From NCBI GenBank assembly GCA_045837725.1, contig JBEWZL010000036.1:62001-126000 (forward strand): a stretch of 64,000 nt of DNA. Reading direction: 5' to 3'. A model generated the notes under the pieces. The model made no database searches. It was not told the DNA's origin and was given only the letters and a program-made list of their open reading frames with translations. Origin of the DNA: Vermamoeba vermiformis (taxonomy: Eukaryota). This document shows positions 1 through 12,925 of this stretch, in pieces; position 1 is the stretch's first letter; each line of letters begins with the position of its first letter. Both the position numbers and the translations under genes were made by a program.

Positions 1-1708
1 TCAAAGCGCAGCTCGGGCGCGAGATTGAGAGCGGAGATGCGCAACAGACACTGCGCCAGGGCTACTTCAATGTGCTCACGGGGGCCTGTCTCGCGCTGGG
101 CTTCAGATTTGCAGGCACCGCGCACAGTGCCGCCAAGCTAGTGTTGACGCAATATTTGCAGTATTTCATCAAGCTGCAAAGAAGCAAATTTGACCGCGCA
201 GACAAGAACATGCTGGAGTACTGCATGAACAGCGTGGCCCTGGCACTGAGCATGGTGATGAGTGGCACTGGACACCTCGGCACATTTAAGTACGGCCCCT
301 CATTGCCTTATTTGGTAATTGCTGACTTCTATTTTTAGAATTCTCCGCACACTGCGCAAGCGAGTCTCAGTGGATGTGACGTACGGCAATCACATGGCAC
401 TAAATATGGCAATCGGATTTCTATTTTTGGGTGGTGGTCGCTACACGCTGGACACCTCCGCGCAGTCCATCGCTTTCCTTTTGTGTGCTGTTTATCCGCG
501 CTTCCCGCAGAACTGTCGCGACAATCGCTATCACCTGCAAGCTTTGCGGCACTTGTACGCACTGGCTGCTGTGCCACGGTACGTCAATGCCTAAATTAGG
601 AATACGCATCTAACGGAGTCTATTTTTAGCTGCATTGAAGTGCGCGATGTTGACACGCAACGACCGGTCTACGTGCCACTGAACATTCACTTCAGACCTG
701 ACTTTGACACTTCGGAGCATGTCATTCAGTACGTATCTCACTTTGACACGTGTCATCAGTTCACTGAACCTCTCGCTTGACAGATTGACAGCGCCGTGTC
801 TGTTGCCACCAGTGCAGTGGATTACAAAAATAGAACTCGCCACGCCACGTTACTGGTCACTGACACTGTCACGTGATCGTCACGCTGCAACACACCCTTT
901 GACACTTGTCTGCAGTGACACCTGTCAGCGCAGTCCCGTGCTGCACGTCAAGCGCAAGTCAGCGTATCTCGATTACGATCTCGATCCCGACGGCGTCAAG
1001 TCCCTCAGTGCACGGCCCTACTCGCAGACACTGCGACTTGACAACTTGACAGCTGTCAGCACCGTGCTCGATGCTAAAAATAGACGCGAGTTGTTGCTGG
1101 CATTCTCCGCTGACCCGCACGTGCTCGCATTCGCCACGCACTTCGCATCGGGCAATGACACGCGTCAAGTAGCATTCTGCACGGCAGTGTTGCTGGAGTG
1201 CCTGTCAGCGGAAAAATTGACGATGATTGACACGTACTTGACACTTGACCGTGTCGTGCAGTGTTTGACACGTGACACCGCGCCGAGTGCGTCCGAGCTG
1301 TGGAATGTCAAACTGATCTGTCAACTGTACACCCGCACTGACTGGCCCTGGTTGACATCTGACACGTCACCGCTGCTGCAACTAGACTACTTGACATCTG
1401 TCAAACTGAAGCTCGAGAGCTACTTCGAAGATTTGACTCGCCGCGCTGGTCTGTCGCGTGATGATTGGCTGGAACTTGCCAAAAAAGGCTATCTTTCTTC
1501 GCGCGAGAAACAGCGCCACGTGATGCAGCTGCAGCACTACTACGAAGTGCCACCACCTGTCATTCTGAAACACGTGCTGGACCTGCCGCGCCCTGATTCA
1601 GCCGCGCATTGGACACTATTTTTAGCACCACTCGCTCAATTCAGTGAACTGCGCCAGCACGACGCGAGCACAGTGCTATTTTTAGCTCGTGTGCTGAGCA
1701 GCTTGTAA
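1..1708 (+). CDS. ANAPC1: Anaphase-promoting complex subunit 1, C-terminal part (5' end outside the window; introns ~290-338, ~579-629, ~729-783)
   Basis: Spliced translation contains APC1 PC-repeat/C-terminal motifs: LSMVMSGTGHL, YGNHMALNMAIGFLFLGGGRYTL, AVYPRFP..DNRYHLQALRHLYALA, APCLLP; stop at 1706-1708. Confidence 0.93.
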
Positions 1709-1895
1709 ATACACTTCCTTATTTGTAAAATTACCCCCGATCACCACTAGGTGTCAGATGATTGGTCCGTTGACTACTATAGCAGCGACGTTGACAGCAC
1801 TGTCAATCACGTGACTGTCACTCGATCACGTGCGCAACAAGTAGCGAGCATCATTTTAAATTTCACTTGCAGCAGAGCACAGCGCCCATGCCACG

Positions 1896-3124
1896 ATGCT
1901 CAAGCTGAATATCGGAGGCGTGAAGATCAATACCGCGCAACAAGTCGTGCTGCGTACTGGCCAGAATTACTTCACTAAGCTGCTCGCTGGTCAGATCCCT
2001 GTTCTCAGAGGTAATTAACAGCTGCAATTGCTGTATTAACACGTCATTATGGTTCTCTCGATCGTTATATTCATGTGGCTAATTTTTCATAATTTTGCTG
2101 CCAGATGACGAGGACTACATCTTCATAGATCGCAACGGCAAGATATTTCAAGTGATTCTCGATTATTTGAGGTACAACGCTGTATTACAGCCACAATTAT
2201 ATGCTAACCAGTGCTCAGACTCGGCAGCCTGTTCGTGCCCAGCGAGATGAGTGTCACGCAGGTGCGCGAAGAGCTGCTCTATTATTATCCGCACGACGCA
2301 CTGCCCGTCGAATTGGCGCGCAAAGAGAGCGAAGTGAACGAACTCACACCGCGCACGACTGGCGTGTACTGGCGCAAGAAGAGCGAGCTCAATCACGTGA
2401 TCAAACTGCGCCTCATTTGGTTCACTGCGGCAGGAGAGATCTGCTTTGTGGACGACAACAAGCTGCTGCAGGGTCGCATGGTACGTGATTCACTGAAGCA
2501 GTGATTAAGTAGGTTCACTGAACTGTTCTCACCGTGTATCTCCCCACAGACTCCAGTGCCACATCAACCAGGCTGGCTCGCATTTGATTGGTCGAACGAT
2601 CAGTCGCGCGTGTTGGCGTACATCAACCAGGGCACGCTGTACCACCGTTTTGAGACGCACTGGTTCATGAACAGCTCACCTCCGCTGCACACCGAGTACC
2701 GCATGGGTGGCACCGTACTGACGCACTATCCCGGACCACGCTATCAACCGCGCACGGTGGATCGATTCCGCGTCACTTCGGAGAATTTGCTGCAAGTCCA
2801 GTACGCGGCGAGTGAAGAGCCCGTGGAGTTCGGGTACGAGACTGAGTGGCGCGAGGGACTCTGCTACATTGCCGTGCCGCAGTTCTATCAGGTACGTGTG
2901 CACTCTGCGTTAAATACGTTAATTAACGTCGATCGATCCAGTACCGCGACATCTACGCCTTCTCGGGCAAGGAGCACGTGACACGCACAACCACACTGCG
3001 CGGGCTGGTGTGTGGCGCACTGATCGTGTGGCTCAATCTGCGCGAGTGTCACGCGGTCTGTCCGGGCAGAGTTATTCCGCCTGAGACTGACATTGCCACG
3101 GCTGCTGACTTCTTGCGTCCTTGA
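1896..3124 (+). CDS. KCTD/T1-type BTB/POZ domain protein with an unrecognised C-terminal region (about 5 exons)
   Basis: Exons translate to MLKLNIGGVKINT...NYFTKLLAGQIPVLRD / DEDYIFIDRNGKIFQVILDYLR / LGSLFVP...REELLYY, the KCTD BTB signature (LNVGG, FIDRDG..F..ILDYLR). Start codon uncertain. Confidence 0.8.
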
Positions 3125-3247
3125 TCACCATGTTCATTGCCATATTTGGTCATCGACTGTTGTTGTGCTTCACTGAAACAAGTGTCAATACGTGTAACTC
3201 TAATGTAAATAAATCTGTCTATTCTGCTCCTCGCGCGTCAATTCATC

Positions 3248-3315
3248 TAGCAGGGCACGAAAGAATATACCAGGGCATCACATAATATCTACCAGGGCAG
3301 TTGATCTACCAGGGC
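3248..3315 (+). promoter_or_regulatory. Four direct repeats of TA(C/G)CAGGGC upstream of BCAT; candidate promoter element
   Basis: Copies at ~3248, 3268, 3290 and 3307 in the intergenic region, 140-200 bp before the BCAT ATG. Confidence 0.4.
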
Positions 3316-3450
3316 TCGAGTGCCTCTTCGTCAAACAATGAAAATTCGTGCGACAAATGCTGCGTGTTATTGCGCGCTTGATTTGCTTCAGTGTTCTTTG
3401 TGTTCATATCGCAGAGCCCACTAGTGGTCCAATAATATATACGTCACATT

Positions 3451-5004
3451 ATGCAGGCTGTAACACGATTAATGCGCGCTGGTTTGTTCGCGCCCAAAAA
3501 AAGCGCATCAGCAGCGAAAGTTGGTGCTTTGTTGACCCTTCGTGTTAACAACTATGCTACTAAATCATTTGCGGTACGAACTATTATAAGGGCAATAATA
3601 ATCAATAATCATTGAAATATTAAAAATATTTTCTCAATAATAATTAATTATCTGAACGTATTTTAACCCCTATTTGTACAGCGAAGTGAATTACAAGTAG
3701 AAAAGACTAAGAACCCCACACCTAAATTGCCTAACGATCAACTTGTCTTCGGCAAGACATTTACATCTCACATGTTGTCGATCGAGTGGCACGAGAAGTC
3801 AGGCTGGGCTGCCCCTAAGATTCATCCTTACAGACCTCTCGTTCTCGATCCTTCGTGCTCTGTATTCCACTACGCTATTGAGGTACGTACCAGATCCCGA
3901 TCAGCAGCTCCAGAAAACAAACTCTATGAGCAGCCACTAATGAGGCATACTATGCATAGTGCTTCGAAGGTACCAAGGCCTACAAAGACAAAGAAGGACG
4001 CGTGCGCATGTTCCGCCCGATGGACAATGTGAACAGATTGGCCATCTCCTCCAGCCGCCTCGCTCTGCCTTCATTCGACAAGACTGAACTGCTCGAGTGC
4101 ATCAAAGAACTCGTGCGCGTAGATTCGGATTATATACCTACTGGCAAGGGCTACTCGCTCTATTTGAGACCTACTTTTATCGGCACTACGGTACGTGACT
4201 GGATCTACTCCCCATTAATATTATCATTATTGTTGTTGTTATATTACAATACCCTCTACGAGCATATCTATCGTATACACCACTAACACCGCACAGCCCG
4301 CCCTCGGAGTGCACGCAGCACGCGATGCGCTGTTGTACGTGATCATGTGTCCAGTCGGGCCCTATTACCCCACTGGCTTCAAGCCCGTCTCGCTCTACGC
4401 CGATGAGAAGCACGTGCGCGCATGGCCTGGTGGCACTGGTGCCTACAAGATGGGCGGCAACTACGCCCCAGGCATTCTACCAGCGCTGGAAGTCGCCGAG
4501 AAAGGTTACAGTCAGATCTTGTGGCTGCTCGACGATCAAGTGACGGAAGTGGGCACGATGAACATGTTCGTGTACTGGATCAACGAGCAGGGCCAGAAAG
4601 AGCTCATCACGGCACCCCTCGACGGCACCATTTTGACAGGTGTCACCAGAGCGTGCATTCTCGACCTCGGTCGTCAGTGGGGCGAGTTCAAAGTGACTGA
4701 AGCCAAGTTCACCATGACGCAACTCGCGCGTGCCATTGAAGAGGGGCGCGTGATTGAAGCATTCGGTGCTGGTACCGCGGCCATTGTGTCGCCGATCAAG
4801 GCCATTCACTACCGCGGCAAGGACTACCCTGTGCCCCTCGGCAAGAACGGTGCCAATGCCGGTGAATTGACGACACGACTATTGAACACTATTCAGTCGA
4901 TTCAGGTACGTAAATGTGACATCACGTGCGCGTGGATGTGCTCGAACTGATCTGTTTTCTTGCAGTACGGAGAGGTGCCACACCCTTGGTCGATCGTCAT
5001 CTAA
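3451..5004 (+). CDS. BCAT: Branched-chain amino acid aminotransferase, mitochondrial-type
   Basis: N-terminus MQAVTRLMRAGLF... resembles a transit peptide; class IV aminotransferase motifs LVFGKTFTSHML, FHYAIECFEG, SLYLRPTFIG, YKMGGNY (PLP lysine), EVGTMN, ILTGVTR, FGAGTAA. Confidence 0.96.
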
Positions 5005-5200
5005 GCTACTTGTGAATATATCTTCAGCATTCAGTTGCTATGCAGCCAAATAAACCTTCTCGAATATTTTTGCATGGTGCACAAAAAAAAAAAAAGAAAA
5101 AAAAATGGCAAGTGAAAAAATAATCAAGTGACTTTCACGAACAGATCCAGCGTTTGTATTATTTTCATTAGTCCAAGTACTATACACATAACAAGACAAC

Positions 5201-5867
5201 ATGTCCGCTCCTGAAGGTGATTATGCTCGTGGTGAAGCCCTCTTCAAGGGTCGATGCGCTCAATGCCACACCGCTAACAAGGTAACGTTACTCTACACTG
5301 TCATTGATATAAATGACACGCAAAAATATTGTCGCAATAATAGATATATATTCCGGCTTCTCTAAAGCTTGCTAACAAACATCGTGGATCGCAATAATTA
5401 ATTAATAAATAATTCTTATTTGTTTACAATAAGCAGCTACTTACATAACAAGCACTATAATAAATACAATAAATACCGTTGCTAATCAAGTCATCTCGTG
5501 CAGGGTGGTCCTCACAAGCAAGGTCCCAATCTCTACGGCTTGTTCGGCCGCACTGCCGGTACTGTTGCTGGCTACAAGTACTCGCCCGCCAACCAAACCT
5601 CTGGTACGTGCCGATTTAATACTGCCCCGTATATATATGCACTCCTCATCGCGTGACGCTGCAATTTCTTGCAAAGATCTGTTTAACGGTCAGATCTCGT
5701 ATTAACCGTAATATGCAGGCATCACTTGGACTGAAGAGACCTTGTTCGAGTACTTGCTCAACCCCAAGAAGTATATTCCTAAGACTAAGATGAACTTCCC
5801 TGGCTTCAAGAGCGAACAAGACCGCGCTGATGTGATCGTTTACTTGAAGAAGGAAACCAGCGAATAA
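5201..5867 (+). CDS. CYCS: Cytochrome c (3 exons; missed by the ORF track)
   Basis: [27 protein letters not shown] / [16 protein letters not shown]... / [39 protein letters not shown]; CxxCH heme motif and axial Met present. Confidence 0.97.
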
Positions 5868-6278
5868 GAGCTTATTAATTATATATCTTGATATTAACAG
5901 CTTATATAACGATCATGTTATGATGACTAGTTTTGAAGGCTGATAATAAAACGAAATATACAAATCCAGTTTACTGTGCCGCTTGATACCGCGAGCCATA
6001 CACAACATTTCAATATCTATGTCGCTAGATATATATACTAGTCGTATCATTCCGAGTGCAAGTCGTGCTGAAGACACGTCAGATCTAGCCGGAGATTTTT
6101 GTTCCAACAAAATGGCTCAAAATTCAAATTGAATTTTTAATTGCAAACAAATACAGTACAACACCAACACTATGATATCCTTTATAACACTTGTCTAATG
6201 ATTGCAGACTACAATATTCAATTCAACTCATTTTAAATCTGTCGGTTTTTCCTTAACTTTTTATTTACGCTGAAGTAG

Positions 6279-6932
6279 AGGCTTGGAAGGAAGCATTTAG
6301 CTTATTCGACAAGGACGGCGATGGCCACATTAGCTCTGATGAGCTCGGCACTGTTATGCGAGCACTAGGTAATTTCCTTCAATTATTATTAATTTTTTAT
6401 TTGATCACCCAAAAAAAATATTTATTTAACGAGGAATTATTCCAAACACTCGGCCAGCACGTGAATGCAATTATTAAATGCACTTTGCGCAGGACAAAGC
6501 CCCACACAAGCTGAAGTGCAAGAAATCATCAAAGAAGTTGGCGCCGAGTCGATCGACTTTGCGCAGTTTTCCACAGTGATGCAGAAACACAAGAAGACCA
6601 CTGACCCCGAGAAGGAGTTGCGGTGAGTAGTGTCGATGTGCTTGTGCGCGGTGTGACTGACAGTGCGTGGCCAGCGAGGCGTTCAAAGTGTTCGACAAGG
6701 AGGGCAAGGGCGTGATTTCCACGAGTGAAATGAAGACAGTGCTCACTTCCATGGGCGAGAAGCTCAGCGAAGAGGAGGTGAGGGACTATAGGCACTGCTG
6801 TATATATGTGTGTGCCTCGTGTACTGACTCGTCGTGCAGGTCGATGGCATATTGCAGAGCGCGGACAAGGACGGCAAGATCCACTTGGACGAGTTCATTG
6901 AACTGCTCTTGAAGCCGACCAAGACCAAGTAA
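6279..6932 (+). CDS. Calmodulin-like / myosin-light-chain-like EF-hand protein (first exon not identified)
   Basis: [38 protein letters not shown]..., [37 protein letters not shown]2 and EF4 loops are degenerate or shortened. Confidence 0.85.
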
Positions 6933-7130
6933 TCATCTCATTGCCTAATTAGGCAACTGTGTGCCACCCACGTGATATTATCAGAGTACACCTCGTGTGA
7001 CTATAAATAGAACAGTGCTATAATAAAACATTTGTACAATTACGAGCTGGTGGCCTACAACTCGATCAGTGCCGTCCTCTGTTTGACACGTGTCACTCCG
7101 CGCTACACAAACGAAGTACTTTACATCAGT

Positions 7131-9362
7131 TTACAAGATTTGTTTCGACGAGCGCTTCTTGTCGTGCTTGTGCTCTTTGCTGTGCAAGTCGCGCTCAGAA
7201 CTCGCCGAGTGTGACAGCGAGAGATTGGACAGCGAGTGACTGGACAGCGAGTGATCAATGTCACCGCGAGCACGGCGAATCAAGATCTGTGCGGCAGGAC
7301 ACGAGGTCTTTTTGAGGGGTTCAGCGATGGTCTTGTACAGCGTGAAGCCGACTTTCAAGAAGAATTCAACGCCCTGTCCGTCAAAACAGAGCGTGGCGCA
7401 GTCTTGGCCGTGGTAGTCGGCCACTGTTGACACGTGTCAGAAGCGAGTGTCAAACACTGACGCGCACGGTACGTACCTGTGAACACGTGCGACAAGAGGT
7501 GGCGTCCAATGCCTTTACTTTGCAGTTCTTTATCGACGGCCAAGTAGCTCAGCACCCAACAGTTGTCGGGCAGGTCGTGTTGATAGGTCTTTTCGAAGAA
7601 TTCTGCGAACTGATGGATCTTCATGCCCGTCTTGGGACCTATCTTACCAAAGTTCTGCATGCCCACTGAAGTCACGTGTCAGTGGAGAATTGAGGCTATA
7701 AATAGCTCTTACCGCGAATGATTTGTGCAAATGACGGCCGTAGTGAGCGGTCTGGTGGGAACCACAATGCAGCTGCCTAATTTGGGCATGAGGTCACGTG
7801 ATTGCAATGACGTTCACTTACCTGCAATTGTCCGCTCGGAGAGTATCGCCCCCACAAATTATTTCCTTTTTTGGCACAATATCTAACACTGAGATCGAAT
7901 GAATTAGCACGTGATCAGTTGGTTCACTGAATGCACTCACAGGTAGTTCAGCACCACATTGCGCACCAGTTTTTGACGTTTTTCCGCGTCTTTCGTGAAC
8001 AAAAATGTCATTCGGGGCTCATCGCGCAGTTCACGTGCCAGCAAGTCAAGTGTCGCGTCAACATCGCGTTTGTTCAACTGTCGTGACAGCCCATCTGTTG
8101 ACAGGTGTCAGTGCCAGTCACGTGACAGCAGTGCAGACCTACCTTTGACACTGTCAGCCAACTTCTCAAAGGTCTGTTGTTTGAGTGCTTTGGCCTTCTC
8201 GGACTGCAGCGTGTACTGGCGGAAGAATTCGTGTTCTAAGATCTGATCTATATTTGGCCGCTGCAAGGGATCGATCACCATCATGTATTGCACTAATTTC
8301 AGAATGTGCACGCGATCCTGTGTGAAGTGAGTGGAGGGTTGAGTTTGACACGTGTCACATGTCGTACCTTGGGGAAGTACTTGAGCAGCGTGTCATTGAG
8401 TCGATCAGCCCCGCCCTGGTCGATGATGGCGTTGAAGTCAATCTCGTCGAGTGGCAGCACGTGACTGGTGCTCACTTCAAACACGATGCAGGCCAGCGAC
8501 CAGATGTCAGCCTTGGTGTTGTGCGACTGTTTGCGATGCACTTCTGGCGCCATGTAGTGGTACGTGCCCGAGTGATCCTGTCAACTGCGTGTCAACCGCG
8601 CTGGTCTGTGTTTGACACGTGTCGTACCTGTTTGCTGGTCTTGCTCGAGGTCGCGAGTCCAAAGTCACCAATCTTAACGTCGTCGTGCGCGGTGAGAAAG
8701 ATGTTCTCGCTCTTCAAGTCGCGGTGCATCACGCGCAGTTGGTGCACGGCTTTGAGGCCCTTGCACAGCTCCACGATCCACTTCTCAACGAGCTGGAGGA
8801 GTCAGTTAAACACCGTCCCTGTAGGTCTATATTCAGCAACACTACGCACCACGAGTGGTATCAGTTCGAGTTCGCTCGACGACTCTTGACTCGTGCTGTG
8901 TTCGCGCGCACCAAGCAGTCGATCCCAGATGGACCCTCCCGCACAGAACTCCATCACGAGATTGAGGTCGTATATGGACAGTCCTGTATTGTACACTCGT
9001 AAATATTGGCAATTGAAATTAAAGCACTGCCAATAACAGATTCAAATTAAATGCGAATATTAACCGCCGTACCGTCCTCTTGTCGTATCTGCAGGAACAG
9101 GTCTTCGTAGCGCGTAACAAATTCGCTGCTGAATCGGGCCAAAGAAATAGCCTGGAATAAATACCAACGTCACTGTCCGATCTGCCGAAATGGAATATAT
9201 TCGTTTGATACTCACCTCTTGCAGTCCTTGATTGGCCTCATCGATGCTAATGTAGGTCTTCTTCTTGCACACGAACAGCTGCTGATCCTCTTTGCGCTTG
9301 ACGAGCAGTGCTGCACCTTCACCGCCCTGCCCGAGCAGTTTGACGGTCTCGTAGCGGTCCAT
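7131..9362 (-). CDS. NEK-like Ser/Thr protein kinase fused to a C-terminal GNAT-family acetyltransferase
   Basis: Kinase motifs LGQGGEG, VMEFCAGG, HRDLKSENIFL, KIGDFG, GTYHYMAPE, DIWSL. In-frame spliced continuation to AAALWFPP...LSYLAVDKELQSKGIGRHLL (GNAT motif A)...VEFFLKVGF. Confidence 0.88.
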
Positions 9363-9789
9363 GGCGTGGATGAATAGGGACTGGTTGTATATATATATGC
9401 AGCTGTGGTAAATAAATAGGTACTTTGAATTAATATGTGGCCCCCTGTAATGAAACTGAAATTAAGTTCCGAAAATTAACGAGGATTGCCAGGCACAATT
9501 GAATCACGTGATTTCCTTTTATGGCGAATTAATCCGCTCAATGGTCATGCCACTCCCGCTGTGCAGGTCAGTGAGATTAGCAGAACTCAAAGGGAAATTT
9601 CAGTGCAGTGACGCACGAAACAAGCGGACAGAGGAGTATGATAGAGGTGAATAATGACACAGTGGTACTTGAGAACACAAACACAGGTCAGCGGTGCTAA
9701 TAATGTAACAAGGTTTATATATATGCAGCACTACGATCAACACTGGCACTGCTCGGAGCGGTGGTCAGATCTGGCAGCATTAATTGTGC

Positions 9790-10524
9790 TTATTTCTTGC
9801 CTGTCAAATGCGTCCATCAGTTCCGTGCTCACCAACACTATGTATCTTAAATATATCTAATACGCACCCTTGAGCAGGTCCTTCATAGACTGCGACTCGG
9901 CGGCTTCAAGAGGAGTGAGTCCATCCGGACCCTTGACATTGGTGCTCGCTCCCTTGCTCAACAAGAATGCAACTGCTTCTTCGTGGCCTTCATATACAGC
10001 AGCTAATAGAGGGGTGATGCCAAAGCCGTCCTTGACTTCAATCTAAGTGCATCTAGTGGTCAGTACACGTCTAATTAACATATTTTGTTTGACTTACTTT
10101 AGCACCCTTGGCGAGCAACAATTTAATAACTTCGACTATGGTATACACAAGGCGTTAGTAACAGCGCAACAGTAATGCTAGGAGTGCAGCAGTTGACGAG
10201 ATATTGTCAATAATAAAAATATTTTAATTTTCAAGTCAAATAGGCAAAATTTGTTTAGTCTTATTTGTTGGAAAATTAGCATGCATTATAGCTGCTATAA
10301 ATTATACATAAATCTTTTGAATAAAGGGTTGGCTAGGCATGGAAAAAATTCAAATTACCTTGACCGAAATCTGCAGCGTAGTGGAGAGGAGTTCTCTTCT
10401 TAACGGTGTTGTCGGGCTTATTGAGATCGATCTTCTCTTTTTCAATGTAGTCTTGCACGCCTTTCAAATCTCCTGTTTTAATGGCCCATTGAAAAGAACC
10501 TTCCTTTGAACGAGTATCGGCCAT
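9790..10524 (-). CDS. MTPN: Myotrophin / V-1 ankyrin-repeat capping-protein regulator
   Basis: [64 protein letters not shown] closely follows myotrophin. A short last exon is inferred; the alternative stop is at 9857. Confidence 0.9.
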
Positions 10525-10663
10525 ATTGCTTATATATGACTAATCTAGGTGAATAGTGGTTACAAATATGAATTACAAATACAAACTAGTGGGTCCTGGT
10601 TTATTTCATTGAATTCGGTCAATTTTTTTCATATCAATCACAGTGCACTACACGCGACCAGAC

Positions 10664-12646
10664 ATGCATCGAGTGCGCGTCATCACCAATCATCTGGTAG
10701 ACACCGACACTAGTGCTGTAAATATAGAGCGTGAGTGCTACTCGTAAAATACGGAACTAGATCTCATACTGTTTTGCTTTGTGCAGGAAATCCGACGAGT
10801 GAAGTCGATGTTGAGCAAATTAAGGCCAAATATCCCTCGCGTAAGTACATTCCAATTAGTTCATGATATGCGAGCTCATAAACGAGCAGCCTCTTCGGAG
10901 TATTTGAGTTTTGACGAGCTGTTGAGCCCGCGCGACAAACAAATCCGCTACACAGTGCGTCAATTCGCGCAACAAGAGATTTCCCCTGTAGTACGTGCTT
11001 ATTTGTTAATTTACACGAATATCGCGCTCATTGTCATGATTAACTCGCAGATCAACGACTTTTACGAGCGCGCTGAGTTCCCACAAGCAGTTGTTGCCAA
11101 ATTTGGCAAGTTAAAGCTGATTGGCTTGGACATTAAAGGCTATGGCTGTCCAGTACGCACAGAGCAGCTCTCTGTTTGACACGTGTCACATGTGACTGAC
11201 TTTGTACCAGGAGTTGACCGCTGTTCAGAACGGCCTTATGGCACTCGAATTGGCACGTGTAAGGTAAACAATTGCCTAATTAGGAAATGAGATCCATCTA
11301 ACTTCGACTAGCGTGGGACTCGCGACATTTTGCGGCATTTTGAACAACATTTCAATGCTGGCTATTTACAAGTGCGGTACGTAGCATAATTCACTGAACA
11401 AGAGGTGACACGTGTCAAACACTGACCTTTAACACTTTCTTGATCAGGCAGCGAAGAACAGAAGCAGAAGTACTTGCCTAAATTAGCAAGTCTAGAACTG
11501 ATTGGCTGTTTTGGTCTGACAGAGCCCAATGCAGGCACGTGACACTTGTATTTCTCCGCTGACACTCGCTGACCCTTGCATATACAGGCAGTGACGCGTC
11601 AAATCTGCAAATGACCGCGCGACCGCACGTCAATGCCCAGGGCCAGTCCGGGTGGCTGCTCAATGGTGAAAAGCGCTGGATTGGCAATGGCACGCACGCA
11701 GATGTGCTGATCATTTGGGCTAAAAATAGCACCACCCATCAGGTCAATGGATTCATCGTCAAGCGCGGTGTGTCAGGGCTCACAACTGCAAAGATCGAGA
11801 ACAAAGTCGCCATGCGAGAAGTGCAAAAGTAAGTGACAGAATTCGTGCAATACTCGGTTTGACACGTGTCATTTGCAGCGCACACATGACATTCCAAGAC
11901 GTGTTCGTGCCTGACACGCAAAGATTGCCAAAAGCGGAGAACTTTGCGAGTGGACCCAATCAGTGCCTCTTTTTGACACGTGTCATTGCAGGCTGGATTG
12001 CCGTGGGCTGTGCGATGGGGGCATATGACACGTGTCTGCAATATGTCAAAGAGCGCACTCAGTTCGGTGCTCCTCTTGCGAGCTTTCAAGTAAGTCACGT
12101 GCTATTGCTGCAAGTTACTGATTGACACGTGTCACACAGATCATTCAAGATCGCTTGGTGCGCATGTTAGGCACTATAAATAGCCTCTTGTTGGTAAGTG
12201 TGCCGCTCTATCATTAGACCCTGTATTTGACCACGTGACAGTTGATGTGGCGTGTGTCACGCCTGTACGACACGCACTATGACACGTGTCAATCCAAGAC
12301 GCGTGCCACTGATCCTATTTCAATCGGCAAAGTCTCGCTAGCCAAGGTACGTCGCTGTCATTTGTACGTCAGTGTTTGACACGTGTCACATCAGAGTCAC
12401 TGCACGTCGCGCGCACGAGAAGTGTTGCAAATGGCGCGCGAAGTGATGGGCGGCAATGGACTCGTGACCGACTATCACGTGGGCAAACAGTTCGTGGACC
12501 TCGAGGCCGTGCACACCTTTGAGGGCAGTTATGACGTCAACACGCTGTAAGTAGCTCGCCTTATTTGGCAATGTTCTCGATACTGACTGGTCATTCACAG
12601 AATCACTGCGCGAGAAGTGACTGGCCAATCAGCGTTCAAGAAGTGA
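10664..12646 (+). CDS. Peroxisomal short-chain acyl-CoA oxidase/dehydrogenase (ACX4-like, GCDH-related ACAD fold)
   Basis: N-terminal [11 protein letters not shown] (PTS2-like); [56 protein letters not shown]. Confidence 0.88.
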
Positions 12647-12925
12647 GCTATAATAAGCACCGCTGTAATATATATGCATCGTAAACACTCTTTATTCTGT
12701 TCGTGTCTTGTGTGCTGATCAAATACGTCGTGCATCATAATCACTATTGCGTGGTACAGCGTTAGTTCGTAGTGCAATGTGAGCACGTGACTTGAGGTGA
12801 AATTTCGCGGTTTTTAAATATGCGATTCGAGCTAGCGTGTTATTCGGCCCAGTCAGCGGACAATTAACACCAAGCATTGCTTGATATTCAATCAAACGCT
12901 ATCATCCAGTCAATACATATCCCGC

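Noticed and set aside
5083-5105. Poly(A) tract as a retroposon tail
   Set aside because: No associated element body or target-site duplication; more simply a promoter poly(dA:dT) tract before cytochrome c.
6279-6932. Calling this gene canonical calmodulin
   Set aside because: EF2 and EF4 are degenerate and the sequence is too divergent; left as calmodulin-like.
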